IMG/VR virus record: IMGVR_UViG_3300042391_000634
Span: 248,001 to 312,000 of that record
Strand: one strand, 5' to 3'
DNA: 64,000 nucleotides
Of the stretch, positions 10,229-20,477 are shown piece by piece. How positions within the stretch are numbered: the stretch's first letter is position 1; every line of letters starts with the position of its first letter. The notes under the pieces are model-generated. The model made no database searches, was not told the DNA's origin, and saw nothing but the letters and a program-made list of their open reading frames with translations. Both the position numbers and the translations under genes were made by a program.

Positions 10229-11683
10229 ATGTCAGAACACTTAAGTGATTGGAGAGATGAACATTTAAATAAAGTAAGTTGTAGTTTTTGTGCGGCTAAA
10301 TGGTTAAACGTAAGTTTACATTTAGGTCATGGATTTACAAATTCATGTCACCTACCATTACCACATCCAATAGATGTTGAAGCAATTAAAACCAACCCTG
10401 CGGCATTACATAATACCGATTTCAAAAAAGAAATTCGTAAAATGATGTTAGAGGGTATTAAACCGGCAGAATGTTCTTACTGTTGGAAGATTGAGGATAT
10501 CGGTAGAAATAATATTTCTGATAGGGTATATAAGAGTCAAATATATAGTCCTGAAGATATTGCGGCGTTAAAGGAATTACCTTGGGATGCAGATATTATA
10601 CCTCAAACTATGGAGGTTAGTTTTGATAGAACATGTAATTTTGCATGTTCATATTGTAATTCAGGATACTCAACAACATGGGGTAAAGATATTAGAGATA
10701 ACGGACCATATCAAAATTTTAAAACCACAAGTGCAGGTGCCTATTACGCAGATGGTTCTTGGTCGGAGATTTATGGTAAATACAATGAAAACAATCCGTA
10801 TGTGGATGCTTTCTTAAAATGGTGGCCTGAATTGTCACAAAAATTAATGGAAATACGTATAACTGGTGGGGAACCATCACAGTCACGTAATTTTTGGCAG
10901 TTTATGGATGTAATGAAACAATACCCATCCCCTAATTTACGACTTGCAGTCAATTCTAACCTAGGTCTTAACGAAACGACTATGAATAGGTTAATTAGTA
11001 TATCTCACGAATTAGATATCAAAGAATTCGATTTATATACAAGTTGTGAAGCTTATGGTGAGCAAGCGGAATATATTAGAGATGGATTAAATTATGAACT
11101 ATGGAGAAGTAATTTAGTTAAAGTAATTGAGAGCGCTAAAATTAGACAAGTTGTTATCATGATGACAATTAATAGTTTGTGTTTATTTAGTATTACCGAA
11201 TTTTTAGATGATATGTTGAAATTAAAAGAAAAATACGGAACACATAAACCAGTTGTAGATTTTAACATATTAAGATGGCCAGCATTTATGTCACCGCTTA
11301 CATTACCGGATGATGTAAAACATGATTTACATGGTAAGTTATCAATGTGGTGGAGAAAACATAAAAAGAATCCATTAATTAATATGAATGAAGGTGCACA
11401 AATCCAAAGATTAATTGATTATATCGAAGTTGTTAATAGAGGTCATAACACAAGTGAAATGGATATGTCGATGCAATATCACGATTTTAAAAGTTTCTAT
11501 GTTCAATATGATATTCGTAGAAATAAGAATTTTGTAAAAACATTCCCTGAATTGGAAGATTGGTATAATTCATTAGTAATTGATAATACAATTCCATATG
11601 TGGCAATGACTGATGGTAGAATAACTCATTTTGAGCCAGGTGTATATGTTTCAGATAAAGAAAATTATAACAAACCAATTTAA
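10229..11683 (+). CDS. Radical SAM protein (N-terminal twitch type)
   Basis: 'CSFCAAKW..NSCH','CSYCW', CNFACSYC, 'ITGGEP'; paralog of the 6658 C-terminal half. Confidence 0.85.
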   Translation: MSEHLSDWRDEHLNKVSCSFCAAKWLNVSLHLGHGFTNSCHLPLPHPIDVEAIKTNPAALHNTDFKKEIRKMMLEGIKPAECSYCWKIEDIGRNNISDRVYKSQIYSPEDIAALKELPWDADIIPQTMEVSFDRTCNFACSYCNSGYSTTWGKDIRDNGPYQNFKTTSAGAYYADGSWSEIYGKYNENNPYVDAFLKWWPELSQKLMEIRITGGEPSQSRNFWQFMDVMKQYPSPNLRLAVNSNLGLNETTMNRLISISHELDIKEFDLYTSCEAYGEQAEYIRDGLNYELWRSNLVKVIESAKIRQVVIMMTINSLCLFSITEFLDDMLKLKEKYGTHKPVVDFNILRWPAFMSPLTLPDDVKHDLHGKLSMWWRKHKKNPLINMNEGAQIQRLIDYIEVVNRGHNTSEMDMSMQYHDFKSFYVQYDIRRNKNFVKTFPELEDWYNSLVIDNTIPYVAMTDGRITHFEPGVYVSDKENYNKPI

Positions 11684-11685
11684 TA

Positions 11686-12984
11686 ATGGATTTTTTATTT
11701 GAGGACACAGAAAAGTTAGCGAATTTCACATCATGTAATGATATTAATCCATCTGGCATTGGTAGGTTTGGTATTTCGGCATTATTAACTGCAACACAGA
11801 TATATGTTCAAGCGCATGACAAACATAGTGAATTACAATATTATCCTGCGAGCGATGAAAAAAACGGATACATTATACCAGTTTCGGTAAATCATAGTCC
11901 CGATGATTGGACAGGTCATAACCCAAGAGTTAAAAGTTTCTTTTTTCATCTTAATGAAAAATACTTAAAAGATTTAAGAGATAAAAAAGCATTCTTAATG
12001 TTAGATCAAAGTTTAGAAGGTTATCAAACGTCATGGTTGTGGGATTATTTCCATAAACAATGTCAAGAATGGGATGTATCACCAAAACGTATTATATATG
12101 TGACAGGAAATATGATTGCAGATGTGGTTTATGATAAATGGTGTGAAGATAATAATATAATTGAAAAATTAAAGGTTATACCATATCCACATTTTGAATT
12201 AGATATGGGTATGACTTGTTATGGCCGATCTAAAGGTGAGAAAGCACATCCGTTACCGACATTTCAAGATCATATTAATTATAAACTTACACATCCTGAA
12301 AAATTAAAATCGTTTGCGTGTTTAAATAAAAGAATTAGACCACAGAGAGTTTGGTTTTACAATTATCTTTATCATTCTGGTTTATTAAAAGACGGATTAG
12401 TTAGTATGAATGATTTTCCAAAACATTGGTATCAATGGGAAGGGAAACACATGGAAGAAGAATTATTGAATGAAATTACTAAAGGACTACCTTTATTAGT
12501 TTATGAAAAACCTAATAATGAATTAGATGATAGTTTCTACATTAATCGTTTTAATGATGATATTTGTTTGGATACATTTGTTACAGTCATTAGTGAAGCA
12601 CATTGTGGTGATAGTGACCAAACAATGTTCTTAAGTGAAAAAACATTTAAAGTATTAGCTTGTAGACATCCATATATGATAATGGGTAATAAAGATAGTC
12701 TTAATATGATGAGAAAAATTGGTTATAAGACTTTTGATGGTTTTATAGATGAAGGGTATGATACATTACCAACACATGAGAGACTTCAATATCTAATCGA
12801 ATCAATTAGAAAGGTGGTTAACATAAAAGACAAAATTGAATGGTTTAAATCAATGGAAGACACAATTGAATATAACTATAGTGCGTTGATTGAGAAATTA
12901 TTTAGATTTCCAGATGCATATTTGGAAATGAAAAGATATTGTAAAGAAGAAACAAATAAACTAAAACATAAATCATTAATATAA
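11686..12984 (+). CDS. Putative GT-B glycosyltransferase, GT10-like paralog 1
   Basis: 'CLNKRIRPQR','VISE..FLSEKTFK...HPYMIMG','FIDEGYD'. Confidence 0.5.
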   Translation: MDFLFEDTEKLANFTSCNDINPSGIGRFGISALLTATQIYVQAHDKHSELQYYPASDEKNGYIIPVSVNHSPDDWTGHNPRVKSFFFHLNEKYLKDLRDKKAFLMLDQSLEGYQTSWLWDYFHKQCQEWDVSPKRIIYVTGNMIADVVYDKWCEDNNIIEKLKVIPYPHFELDMGMTCYGRSKGEKAHPLPTFQDHINYKLTHPEKLKSFACLNKRIRPQRVWFYNYLYHSGLLKDGLVSMNDFPKHWYQWEGKHMEEELLNEITKGLPLLVYEKPNNELDDSFYINRFNDDICLDTFVTVISEAHCGDSDQTMFLSEKTFKVLACRHPYMIMGNKDSLNMMRKIGYKTFDGFIDEGYDTLPTHERLQYLIESIRKVVNIKDKIEWFKSMEDTIEYNYSALIEKLFRFPDAYLEMKRYCKEETNKLKHKSLI

Positions 12985-13415
12985 TGAAACAAAGAAGATT
13001 TTTACCGACATTATCGGAATTACTTGATAGATTATCAATAGTACAATTAAAAGAGGTTTTTATAACCGACCATAAAGAAGAGTATGCTCAAGAAATTGCA
13101 GACATTACACATGATATACAACTTATTTTAAGTGAAAAAGATGTTGTAATTACTGGTGAAATGTTGAGAGCGGTTATTGTGTGTGCACAAATGAACTTAC
13201 ACATTTGGCATAATGAATCTAATGTAAGAAGTGGAAAAGAAGGACCAAGTATGTTAGCCCTAACACACGGTTTAAATGGTATTAGAAATACCGCTAAAAA
13301 TAAAATACAAGAAGTTGTTGGTGGCAGAAAAGATTACAAAATTGATTGTATCGCCGCAGATTTTAAAGATTGGGAAATTAGTTGGCCGAAGAAAGATGAA
13401 GAAATGGAAGGATAA
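12984..13415 (+). CDS. Hypothetical helical protein (DUF6165-like)
   Basis: 'TLSELLDRLSIVQLK','N..IW..E..VR','N..R...K..I' resemble DUF6165 (from memory). Confidence 0.45.
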   Translation: MKQRRFLPTLSELLDRLSIVQLKEVFITDHKEEYAQEIADITHDIQLILSEKDVVITGEMLRAVIVCAQMNLHIWHNESNVRSGKEGPSMLALTHGLNGIRNTAKNKIQEVVGGRKDYKIDCIAADFKDWEISWPKKDEEMEG

Positions 13416-13417
13416 AT

Positions 13418-13444
13418 AAAAAGGGACATTAAGTCCCTTTTTTT
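13418..13444. terminator. Bidirectional intrinsic terminator
   Basis: AAAAAGGGAC-attaa-GTCCCTTTTT between convergent genes. Confidence 0.85.
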
Positions 13445-13991
13445 ATGATTCGTAATATAACTCAGGATATTCAACTATAACATGAATACCACCTTCAGTA
13501 TAAGCGTTTTTATAAATTGATTCAATCTCTGAATAATTTTTTAAATCCCAAAATTTAGTATTGGGACATATAGATTTAAATTCTTCAAAATAATTACCTC
13601 TATGTTGGTGACCCGGATCTAATGGTTTATCAGAACCTTTACCTAAACGAACAATCATATTAGGTTTCCATTTACCTTGACTCATTAACCCAATTTTATC
13701 AACATGATTTACCAATTGATTTGTTGCACATATTACAAAATCCCAACGAGGGTAGAATGTAATAACAAATTTACCGGCCATTGCCATTCCTAATGACATA
13801 CCCATTTGAGATTCTTCCATAACGGGAAGTTCAATTAATTTATCTTTAGGAACTTCACCTATTGTGGTACTCATAGGATTACCGTGCCAAAGGACTTGTT
13901 GACCTATAAAAACGGTATCTTCCTGTTGACCAAGGTAAGTCATTGAATTAGTTAGTGCGTCCTTGTACGGGGTGTATTGTGGTGAACTCAT
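13443..13991 (-). CDS. TPP enzyme beta subunit (pyrimidine-binding domain only; PDH E1-beta/transketolase-like)
   Basis: 'VFIGQ','ELPVMEESQMGMSLGMAMAG','NQLVN','GHQH','VIVEY'; ATG 13991 overlaps upstream TGA. Confidence 0.8.
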   Translation of the reverse strand: MSSPQYTPYKDALTNSMTYLGQQEDTVFIGQQVLWHGNPMSTTIGEVPKDKLIELPVMEESQMGMSLGMAMAGKFVITFYPRWDFVICATNQLVNHVDKIGLMSQGKWKPNMIVRLGKGSDKPLDPGHQHRGNYFEEFKSICPNTKFWDLKNYSEIESIYKNAYTEGGIHVIVEYPELYYES

Positions 13992-14821
13992 ATTAAATCT
14001 TTTTCTATTCTTTTTATTATGTTTTGTGCAAATATTTGATGACATTCTTTTGACGGGTGGTGATCCAACGGAGGTGTATTTGTGAAGTTATTAAAGTCAC
14101 TTTTAATTTCCATATTACCATGTCTCCTCTGTAAATTTTCTATTGTCTCAAACGGTTCCCCATTATATTCAATGTTAATAAATTTACTATAAAGATATTC
14201 ATCTTTTTTAATTCTACTAAGTAATTCGTCCGTCCAAGCAAATATAATTGGTTTTATACCTTTTTCTTCATAAAACATTAATTTTTCCTTCAATCTTTCA
14301 ACTTGTAAATCTTTATGTAATTCAAACCATTCATCAACAGACATATTATTTTGTTCCATCCATATAAATAAATTTTCAATGTTGTATCCAAAATTTATCT
14401 TGTTATCACCACCAACCCAAGCACCACAGAATTGTTTTTTACCATTCAAAGTAAACCAAAATTTATTTCTCGAAACTTGACTTAATTGAATTATAATATA
14501 ATCAATATCTTCATATGAATATTTTTCATATGATAAATGTTCTTGACCTTTTGTGTTACGGTCAAAAATAGTGTTAAAAAAATCAAACGTTTCATCTTCA
14601 GAACCACCATTAAGATTTTTTACAACTTCAAATGTATTAAAATGATTCGCAATCAATCTTGGATGACGAATTGTATCTTTAAATTTTAAATGTGCGTCAG
14701 TTAAATGATGTCTTTCATATGTTGTTTCATTTGGGGGATAAACTAAACCAGGTAAATCCGAATAGAAATATAACCCCTGACCCCATGTAAATGAACAACC
14801 CCCAAATAGTAATCCTTTCAT
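13988..14821 (-). CDS. SGNH-like hydrolase/acyltransferase family protein
   Basis: 'GGCSFTWGQG','GGS','DHHPSKECH'. Confidence 0.6.
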   Translation of the reverse strand: MKGLLFGGCSFTWGQGLYFYSDLPGLVYPPNETTYERHHLTDAHLKFKDTIRHPRLIANHFNTFEVVKNLNGGSEDETFDFFNTIFDRNTKGQEHLSYEKYSYEDIDYIIIQLSQVSRNKFWFTLNGKKQFCGAWVGGDNKINFGYNIENLFIWMEQNNMSVDEWFELHKDLQVERLKEKLMFYEEKGIKPIIFAWTDELLSRIKKDEYLYSKFINIEYNGEPFETIENLQRRHGNMEIKSDFNNFTNTPPLDHHPSKECHQIFAQNIIKRIEKDLI

Positions 14822-14822
14822 T

Positions 14823-17435
14823 TTATTTATTAAATTCTTCTTTATGTTCATTATACCAATCGTAACCTTTCTTCAAACCTACTGACAAAGATGTTTTTGA
14901 TTCCCAACCTAATTTCTCTTTAATTTTATTAGAATCAATTTTACGTGTAGGTATCATAGAAGGTTTTCCACTAATAAATTCTATTGGAGCATCATGTTCT
15001 GCAATTGTTTTCATTATATCTAATACTTCCAGTACTGAATAAACTTTATTAGAACCAACATTATATACTTCAAACATTTCAGTTTCATTTTCCATAATAA
15101 CTTGTAATGCCTCCACAAAATCTTCAATGTATAATAAATCCCTCAATTCACTACCATCACCCCATACAGGAATTGGGTTCATTCTGTCGGCAACTTTACG
15201 AATTGTTGCTGGTGTCACATGACACTTATTGAAATCATACTTATCATGAGGACCAAACAAATTTGCTGGTCTAACGACAGTACATTTCATTTTAACAGGT
15301 AAATACTTACCATATAATTCACATTGAATCTCAGCATATCTTTTCATCCAACCCACAGGGAAGTAAACAGGATATGGTTCGTCAAATAAGAAATCAGTCT
15401 CAACAACGGGTTCATCTCCTTTAGGTGGATAAACTGTGTTAGATGATAAGAAGATGTAATGTTGAACCTTATTTCTCCAACTGGAGTCAATTAAGAAGTT
15501 ATTCATTGCAACATTCGGTGTAACATGAGCTAATGGATCAACTACCGTGTCCACTGCGTTAGATGTTGAAGCAGCAGCATGAAATACCACATCCACTTCT
15601 TTTGTTGCCATTAAACAACCTTCATAAGTTTGTAAATCATGATATGTGTAATCAACACCATCTTGAATTGTTCTAACACCTCTTTTGTGTAAATTAACTC
15701 TTAAATTGGTGTATCCTTCTCTAAGTAATCTTTCGGTTAAATTTTGTCCTACTAATCCCGAACCACCAGTGATTAATATTTTGGAATTTTTATTCATCAT
15801 ATTTTGTTCTTTTTTTTGCCATGTTTTAAATTCACTTTCATTATAGATAAAATCAATGTAAGTAAATCGTCTAAAATTATTTTTAACTACCTCAACTGCA
15901 TGATTAATATTGTTTTCACTAAAATCTAATATACTAAAATTATATTTTACCGGTAACACTTCTTCTTTAGTATCACCATCATCAATAATTAATTTACCAC
16001 CACCATCAATATAGTCTTTTTCATCTGAAAGGTAAATCAAAACCACACAATATCTTGCGACATTATAACCATCCTGATGAGGAGTAATGAAATCACCATT
16101 CTCGTATAATGTAAAATTATCTTGATGTAGTATATTATCTTTTAAATCGGGATAAATGTTTGGTATGTATGAATCAATTAAGGTTCTAAAATACATTTTA
16201 GCATCCATCATATCTTTAGATATGTTATGAGTTTCCCACCACTTTTGAATCACAAATGCGTCGTTATTTTTAATAAATTCATCTCTGGCCGGAACTTCAT
16301 CTAAGGTAATACTACGTTTATAGTTATCATCACCACTAGCAACACCATATTCGTATCTATACAAATAATTACTTTTATCATTAGATGAAGAAATTACTAA
16401 ATCAACATTACGATTAAAATCATTAACATCTTTAAATAATTTACCACTATTACCAACATAGTAACCTTTTGATAAAAAATCTCTTACATTGAAATCTAAA
16501 TTTGGATTTGGGAATTGTGAAATGTAATAATAGTATGTTTTTTTAAGAGCATCTACAAATGGTTTAGAAGGTAATAAATCATATGATTTTTGTTTAGTCA
16601 CATCCATTTGTCTTCTAAGATCACCATTAGGTTTAGTTGAATCCCACGTGATGGTAATATCTTTACCACTAATTTTAACTAAATCATCAATCATCGATTT
16701 AATAGTAATTTCTTCTCCTGAACCAAAATTTACAATATCATTAATTTTATTTTCATACATTTTATATATTGCATCTGCAACGTCATCACCAAATACAAAG
16801 TCTCTAGTTGGACTACCATCCCCCCAACATTCCATTGTCCCTTCAGATTCCCATATTTTCTTAATTGTAGTTGATATTACGGTACCATTACCACTAAAGT
16901 CATCATATTCACCAAATATATTTGCAGGTCTTATAATTGACCATTTATCATACCCATATTGAACTTTATATGCTTCTAATAACAATTCACCTGTCCTTTT
17001 AGACCAAGATGGAAACCAATCATGTTCAGATGGTAATGTTTTCCATACATCATCCTCCACAAATTTTTCAGCGGGAGCATACACACCAACAGAACTCATA
17101 AAAACTAACCATATATCTCTTTTATAACATTGGTGAATCAATTCCGTATTAATTTTAAAAGACGGATATAAGAAATCAACAGGTTTAGTTTTAGCTCTAA
17201 TAGGAGAACCCTTTATTCCAAATGCATTAATAACAACATCAGGAGAATACTTATCCAATATATTACTAATATTATTTTCTTTAGTAAGGTCCATTTTTTC
17301 AAATGAAAATCTTTTGGTTGAAATGTTGGGTTCATTTATGTCAACGCCAATCACATGGTATCGTTCCCTTAAAAATTTTTTTATTAGATAGGTCCCAACC
17401 AAACCAGAACAACCCGTTATTAATACTTTTTTCAT
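14823..17435 (-). CDS. Fusion: NDP-sugar epimerase/reductase (Fcl-like) + 2OG-Fe(II) oxygenase + second Fcl-like epimerase/reductase
   Basis: Two 'ILITG.SGLVG' Rossmann motifs with 'RPAN.FG..D.F' and 'WGDGS..RD'; middle 'YENGDFITPHQD..H.V..V...R'. Confidence 0.8.
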   Translation of the reverse strand: MKKVLITGCSGLVGTYLIKKFLRERYHVIGVDINEPNISTKRFSFEKMDLTKENNISNILDKYSPDVVINAFGIKGSPIRAKTKPVDFLYPSFKINTELIHQCYKRDIWLVFMSSVGVYAPAEKFVEDDVWKTLPSEHDWFPSWSKRTGELLLEAYKVQYGYDKWSIIRPANIFGEYDDFSGNGTVISTTIKKIWESEGTMECWGDGSPTRDFVFGDDVADAIYKMYENKINDIVNFGSGEEITIKSMIDDLVKISGKDITITWDSTKPNGDLRRQMDVTKQKSYDLLPSKPFVDALKKTYYYYISQFPNPNLDFNVRDFLSKGYYVGNSGKLFKDVNDFNRNVDLVISSSNDKSNYLYRYEYGVASGDDNYKRSITLDEVPARDEFIKNNDAFVIQKWWETHNISKDMMDAKMYFRTLIDSYIPNIYPDLKDNILHQDNFTLYENGDFITPHQDGYNVARYCVVLIYLSDEKDYIDGGGKLIIDDGDTKEEVLPVKYNFSILDFSENNINHAVEVVKNNFRRFTYIDFIYNESEFKTWQKKEQNMMNKNSKILITGGSGLVGQNLTERLLREGYTNLRVNLHKRGVRTIQDGVDYTYHDLQTYEGCLMATKEVDVVFHAAASTSNAVDTVVDPLAHVTPNVAMNNFLIDSSWRNKVQHYIFLSSNTVYPPKGDEPVVETDFLFDEPYPVYFPVGWMKRYAEIQCELYGKYLPVKMKCTVVRPANLFGPHDKYDFNKCHVTPATIRKVADRMNPIPVWGDGSELRDLLYIEDFVEALQVIMENETEMFEVYNVGSNKVYSVLEVLDIMKTIAEHDAPIEFISGKPSMIPTRKIDSNKIKEKLGWESKTSLSVGLKKGYDWYNEHKEEFNK

Positions 17436-17441
17436 AATATA

Positions 17442-18680
17442 TTATTTGTTTATGTTATTAAAATATTCTAAGTCTTTATTTAATTTAGAAATATTAATAA
17501 CAATTTGTTTATTTTTCTCAAATCTTGATTCGTTATTTTTATAAAATTCAATAAGTTTGTCTTTATTTTTACTAAGTCTTTTTATTTCATCATATACCAT
17601 AAATAATCTCTTTTTATTATCAGGCTCATTATCATAAGAATGATCAAGTATGTCATCAAACATATCAAAACCATACATTTCTTTAATGTATTTAATGTGG
17701 TTCATTGACGATAAGAAAATAGGAAATTGATAGAAATAAAATGGTTTTAGTGTCTTTTCGGTAATGTGAATTTCATTAAACAAAAAATTTGATTCTGTAA
17801 CAATATTAACATATGAACTTTCATATGTTTTTAATTCATATATTTGGTTCCATTCAAAGGAAGGTGAAATCTCTTCAGAAGTAAACCATTCTCTGTCTAC
17901 CTCAAATTTACTTCGTTTAACGTCAATATTATCTAAGTAAGCAATTTGTTCTTGGTAAACGAAATGCATCTCATATTTTGTTAATAAATTTTCATAGAAT
18001 CCACCATATCTATTCGTTTTACGATACCAACCCATAACCATAGACCAATCAATGTCCTCAATTAAACCACTTTTTAGTAATAAACAAATAAAAACATAAC
18101 GATGCACCTTTGGACTACGATTATGACACATAAAAAATTCAGAGTTTTTCTCCGGTATAAATTTAGAGTCATATTTACATAAATGTTTAGATATAAATTT
18201 TAATAAAAATCCTGTTGAATAAACATTAATTTCGGTATTTAAAGATTGCTTATGTTGACTTAACCTAGAGTTATTATTTAATATATAAAATCTTTTTCTA
18301 TCGTAACCCTTATCTAAACAATCGTCATCAATAAATTTTAAATACTCTTCAGTTTCAGGCTCATGTTCATTTAAAATCACTATGTTGAAATTTTCACATT
18401 TCATAAAACACTCAACAACGTTTTCAGGTAAAGGTATTTTTTTAAATTGGTGAAACAAGTATAAGGAATTACCAACTGGATTAATAAAATAAAAATATTT
18501 CTCATTTGGGTTATTATATACGTCCTCAATCTTACAATTTCTTACTTGATTAATAACTTCATAGAAATTAAATAACCCTTTTACTGTTCTAAATGAATTA
18601 CTATTAGTGGTACTACATAAATTGGGTAACATGTCCTCACCATCCCAAGAATCGTATACCGTGTTTAAAATTTTATCCAT
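17442..18680 (-). CDS. Putative GT-B glycosyltransferase, GT10-like paralog 2
   Basis: 'MCHNRSPKVHR','NIVTES..HITEKTLKPF','DHSYD'. Confidence 0.5.
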   Translation of the reverse strand: MDKILNTVYDSWDGEDMLPNLCSTTNSNSFRTVKGLFNFYEVINQVRNCKIEDVYNNPNEKYFYFINPVGNSLYLFHQFKKIPLPENVVECFMKCENFNIVILNEHEPETEEYLKFIDDDCLDKGYDRKRFYILNNNSRLSQHKQSLNTEINVYSTGFLLKFISKHLCKYDSKFIPEKNSEFFMCHNRSPKVHRYVFICLLLKSGLIEDIDWSMVMGWYRKTNRYGGFYENLLTKYEMHFVYQEQIAYLDNIDVKRSKFEVDREWFTSEEISPSFEWNQIYELKTYESSYVNIVTESNFLFNEIHITEKTLKPFYFYQFPIFLSSMNHIKYIKEMYGFDMFDDILDHSYDNEPDNKKRLFMVYDEIKRLSKNKDKLIEFYKNNESRFEKNKQIVINISKLNKDLEYFNNINK

Positions 18681-19860
18681 TATTATTTCTTAATTTTTTA
18701 AAGTATTCAATATCATAAGTATCATTAGATATTTCTGATATTATTTTTTTATTTTGTATTAATCTATCAACATTTGTATCATAAAATTTTTTTACATCCA
18801 AACCATTTAATTTTTCAATTTCATGCACAATAAGACTAAACCTTTTTTTATCGTCAATTTCATTATCATATGAGTGGTCAATAAAATCATCAAACATATC
18901 AAATTTATATATTTCCTTTAATTTTTTAACATGTCCATATGTTGTTAAAAAAATAGGTAATTGATAAAAATTAAATGGTTTAAAAGATTTTTCAGTAATA
19001 TGAATACGGTTACCCTCAAAATAGGTTTCAGTTACGATATTAATATAGGCACTTTCAAATGTTTTAGTGTAAATAAAATCATTTTCTAAATTATCATTTA
19101 ATTGATTATATTCATATTTACTTTTTTTGATACCTAATTTATTAAAATATTCTACGTGTGGCAGTAAAGAATTAATTTCATCGTCACTATATAATTTTCT
19201 AAAAAACTGATAGTAATCTCTATTTGGGTCATCATTTAAAAGAAATGACCAATCAGTATTATTAAGAATATTTAATTTTTTCATTTCCAAAAGAATTCCA
19301 AATCTATGAGGTTTAATTCTTTTATTGTGGCACATAAATAAAAATTCTTTATCTGTTACAATATTAATATTATTTTTAAAAATGTGTTTTGAATAATAGG
19401 AAGGTAGAAATCTTAAAGAATAAACATTAACACCATTATTTTTTAATTTATAATAGTCTAAATTAGAATTATTATTAATAAAATAAAATTGATTAGGATT
19501 TAATTCTTGTTTTATTACCGATTCACTAAGTAAAATATAATTTTCTTCTGATTCAGATTCATGTTCATTTAAAAAAACAACATTTAAATTTTTATTGTTT
19601 TTCATTAATTCAATAAATTCAGGTTTTAGAAATGTCGGTAGTCCTAAAAATCTTAAATCAGATAATTGATAAATAAAATAATAGTAATTCTCATTACTAT
19701 TTTCAATAGAATTACATTCAATGATATTATTAATACCAATAGATTCCAAAACATTTTTTATTTTACTAAATTTACGTTCTTTAGGTTCTCTAATTTGATA
19801 ATAATATCTCTCATCAATATCTTCGTAATCACCCACTAATATATTTAAAAAATCACCCAT
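18673..19860 (-). CDS. Putative GT-B glycosyltransferase, GT10-like paralog 3
   Basis: 'MCHNKRIKPHR','NIVTET..HITEKSFKPF','DHSYD'; likely ATG at 19860. Confidence 0.5.
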   Translation of the reverse strand: MGDFLNILVGDYEDIDERYYYQIREPKERKFSKIKNVLESIGINNIIECNSIENSNENYYYFIYQLSDLRFLGLPTFLKPEFIELMKNNKNLNVVFLNEHESESEENYILLSESVIKQELNPNQFYFINNNSNLDYYKLKNNGVNVYSLRFLPSYYSKHIFKNNINIVTDKEFLFMCHNKRIKPHRFGILLEMKKLNILNNTDWSFLLNDDPNRDYYQFFRKLYSDDEINSLLPHVEYFNKLGIKKSKYEYNQLNDNLENDFIYTKTFESAYINIVTETYFEGNRIHITEKSFKPFNFYQLPIFLTTYGHVKKLKEIYKFDMFDDFIDHSYDNEIDDKKRFSLIVHEIEKLNGLDVKKFYDTNVDRLIQNKKIISEISNDTYDIEYFKKLRNNNG

Positions 19861-20477
19861 TTCCCTGTTCCGTAGTGCGGCCACTCTTTTTTATATTCAT
19901 ACCAAATAACATCATTAGGTATTTCTCTTTTAATACCATTCCAAGTTTCCTCAGTTGGTGTATTTGTAGATACCCCATTATCCTCAATAATAAAACGAAT
20001 AGGTAAGTCGTAACGTTGTGCATATTTATGCATTTCATAAAAACCACCAGTTTCAAATGCCATATCACCAATAAAACACCAAACTTTATCATCTTTATTA
20101 TCTCTTTTATTGGCCATAGCAACACCGGTTGCAATTGGAATAATAGCCCCAACAATTGCCGAAGCATAAAATTTATACTCTTCACTAACAATTGTAATAG
20201 ATCTTCCCTCTATAATTTCTTGTTCTAACCATTCTGATGGTATTCCCTTAATTAATGCGTGATAATGTGATCTCCACGTACTAAAGACCCAATCGGTTGG
20301 TTTTATTCTTTTACCAATTTCAAGTAATTGTTCTTCATTACCACCACTTAAATGTACTGGTCCTTTTATTCTTCCAGCTTCCCAATGGTCGGCAATTGTT
20401 TTCTCAAAACCAATTAAACCATGTTTATCCCAAAGAACTTCATTTACTATGGGATATTGTTCTAAATTTTTTATCAT
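19845..20477 (-). CDS. TPP enzyme alpha subunit (PDH E1-alpha-like, short)
   Basis: 'GPVHLSGGNE','STWRSHYHAL','AIVG', TPP motif 'GDMA..G..(x)..EDN'. Confidence 0.85.
   Translation of the reverse strand: MIKNLEQYPIVNEVLWDKHGLIGFEKTIADHWEAGRIKGPVHLSGGNEEQLLEIGKRIKPTDWVFSTWRSHYHALIKGIPSEWLEQEIIEGRSITIVSEEYKFYASAIVGAIIPIATGVAMANKRDNKDDKVWCFIGDMAFETGGFYEMHKYAQRYDLPIRFIIEDNGVSTNTPTEETWNGIKREIPNDVIWYEYKKEWPHYGTGKWVIF

Noticed and set aside
13443-20477. Pyruvate dehydrogenase auxiliary metabolic genes
   Set aside because: Subunits are truncated, there is no E2/E3, and the context is sugar-nucleotide biosynthesis.
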